A stretch of 64,000 nucleotides of DNA. It comes from Octopus vulgaris. Lineage: Eukaryota. A program made the translations under genes and the position numbers. Location: NCBI GenBank assembly GCA_951406725.2, contig OX597839.1, forward strand, positions 806,001 through 870,000. Reading direction: 5' to 3'. Numbering within the stretch: the stretch's first letter is position 1; every line of letters begins with the position of its first letter. Below the pieces are notes generated by a model. That model searched no databases. It saw only the letters and a program-made list of their open reading frames with translations, and was not told the DNA's origin. This document shows, one piece after another, positions 61,301 through 64,000 of the stretch.

Positions 61301-62189
61301 GTTAGTATGTGAGGCTATTAAGTCTCATTCCACTCAGCTCTCTCTAGTTTCTGTTTCAAGTTTGTTTTTCCATATGACTTAATTGTTTGCTCCCAATTAG
61401 ACAATCTAGCGTCAACACATTTTACTTACACCAACCAAGTTTTCTTCCCTGTTAAGTCCATCAGTTCAACAATATGATTACAAAACTGCGACAGAAAAGT
61501 ATCTAGATTTCTATATAACTGTTCCAACCCCTTGGAATGTCATCCTCGCTGGAAGAACACCTTTCATCTTGAAACCAAACATGGTAGTTTTTCTTATAGC
61601 GCTGATTTGAGCCACATAAGCTACTCGATGTAGATCTCTCTTATCATCTGATTTTAATTTAAAAGTTCAAAGTGGGCCTAAATATTTCATATTCCACCAA
61701 ACAGATAACAACACCTAACGTAGGTGAAGACCATATTTAGCCTGAGTGCCGGTGTTTCTCCTTTCTCTACCCACTATCTTCGGCGCTTGATATTTTTTAT
61801 AGAGAACACATTTCTCATTACCAGTCATTATTCGGTTCAAAAATTTCTATTCGTGAAACTTGACTGCACAGAAGAGCTCACATTCACTCTGAGCGAGCGA
61901 TCAGACTCTGAAATTTGCGAGGACCTCATTGACCCAATTTCATGACTTTTCCGATGTTACGCAGGTATCGAAGAAAGGCTGGATGAACAAATCCAAGCTT
62001 CTCTGCTAGTTCCTCAACATTTACGGTGGGATTTTGTTCCACAGCGTTTGCAGGATGTTCTCGTCGAGTTCTACAGATCTTCCAGGATGTATCTCGTCTT
62101 CTTGGCTGTAGTTTCGGCTCAAAATTTTAGTAGATGCAATTGAAAAAATCGCAGTATTTATGGGATAACCCAATATATCCACGTACATA

Positions 62190-62322
<133 letters not shown>

Positions 62323-62755
62323 TATCTATACGCGTATAGCGTGCTGTTTATCATTTATGCAGTCATCAAAATTGTTATAATGTCTTGTTGAGATAGTTTC
62401 TCTTTCTTTCCTGATGGGAAGATTACATTATTTTACAGTTTATTCCTTTTTTCGATTAGGAAAAGCTTTCGCATAAAAATGATGTGTATAAAAAGAAACA
62501 CGTTTTACTGAATAAATAGCATGTCGTAACCAGAAGAGGATTGCAGAGGAAGAAAATCACATTTCGTCCTTGGTTTCGCTGTAATTCCGCTTATTAGAGT
62601 TAAAAGATTGTTCTTCAATGCATGTTAGACCACACACACAGACACAGACACAGACATACAGACAGATACGCACACACACATACACACACACGCACACACA
62701 CACACGAACACACACACACGCACGTACACATTTTTATATATAAAAGTTTTATGTA

Positions 62756-62804
<49 letters not shown>

Positions 62805-64000
62805 CTTGTGTTTTGGGGAGGGTTATTATGCCAATAATAATAACTGCATGCACTGCTTCACTATCACTTCTTTGTTGCTAAATGCCTAACCAACTAACCA
62901 ATCAATCGATTGTTTAATGAGCTGGTTAAAGAATCAATTGGTTGGTTGTTAGTCAAAGTCCTTTCATCGCTCTTCAGTGATATGAATATGTTTGTATCTG
63001 CTGCTGCTACTGTAACCCAGCACAACTTGCTGCATTTCTCAATCTACCAGCAACTAAACTGGCAACACCACCAAGCTTTGTTGGTGAGTTGGATGGTTTT
63101 GTGTGTCTGTCTCCTACGATTTAGATTCCTAACTACTCCCACATTTTGCGGTGCAGTGTAACCAAAAGCTTATAGTCGTGATTCATATCGATCCCTTCTG
63201 GGTATTAGCGCGCGTCTACGATGAGTCTACGATTAAAAAAAAATTACCATCATTTTTTCCCATTTTTTTGCTATTATATAAGGGAAGTAACTCTCTAAAA
63301 ATGTATTATTAAATCTCAGAACGTAAAAAGCTACAGTAACACCCCACCTTTGTGGTTAGCCATATTGAGATGGCTATTATACTTTACATCTCTAAAAATG
63401 CTTATATAGTTATTTCCCTTACAAACCCGAGCAACGCCGGGCGATTCTGCTAGTGTATATATAAAATTTAAACAAGTATGAGCTAAGAGTGGCCTATGCC
63501 ATGTTAATGAATAGCATAGAGAAATACAGCGTAAATTTATAATCTATTAAAATTATCTCAGCCGCCAGAGCAGTGGTTCCCAACCGATTTTTGGCCATGC
63601 CACACCGAATCATTACTAAAATCCTGATGTTCCATTGTGATATTTAATTTTTGTTATTCAAAATTTGGTTATTGTTTACAATATTACACGGAAAGTAAAT
63701 GAAAAATAAATAGTGCAACGGATGTAAAAAAAATGTGTAGGAAACGAATATGAAAAAAAAATGCGCGGAAAGTAACGGGGGAAGGAAAGGACTTTTGAAA
63801 ATTCGCAAGATTTCTGCGCCCCGGCTTTGGATGATCAAAACTTTCAGAAAAATGGATACTTTTAATGAAATTGTCTACGAATATGTGTTATATATTGTAG
63901 ATTCCAAACAATTTTTGGGGTGGGGTGGAAAGTGTTTAAGGAGGGGTTGTGCTGGGGAATTTCGGAAAATTCACCGGAGTCCACTTCAATTCCTCTTAGA

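Overview
Eukaryotic, AT-rich, microsatellite-dense DNA ((TA)n, (CA)n, (AAT)n, (TCTA)n); the SINE families point to an octopus/coleoid cephalopod genome (inference). Almost all supplied ORFs are microsatellite noise. Hidden among the repeats are short + strand exons, missed by the ORF track, that encode the two SH3-like Mib repeats (REP, SH3_15) of a Mind bomb/MIB2-like protein. They belong to two tandem gene copies in a segmental duplication (copy A from ~24.3 kb, copy B from ~47.4 kb to beyond the window end), and both look damaged (in-frame TGA stops, a deleted exon). The shared exon is far more divergent than its flanking introns, with mostly amino-acid-changing differences. The first 24 kb is a hierarchical tandem array holding nine copies of the putative promoter/first-exon module. 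The rest is TE debris: RTE, Tx1, R4-like and Penelope retroelements, Tc1/mariner relics, tRNA-derived SINEs, Helitron-like elements and fold-back elements, several carrying minimal hammerhead ribozymes. All coordinates, alignments and domain calls were made by eye.
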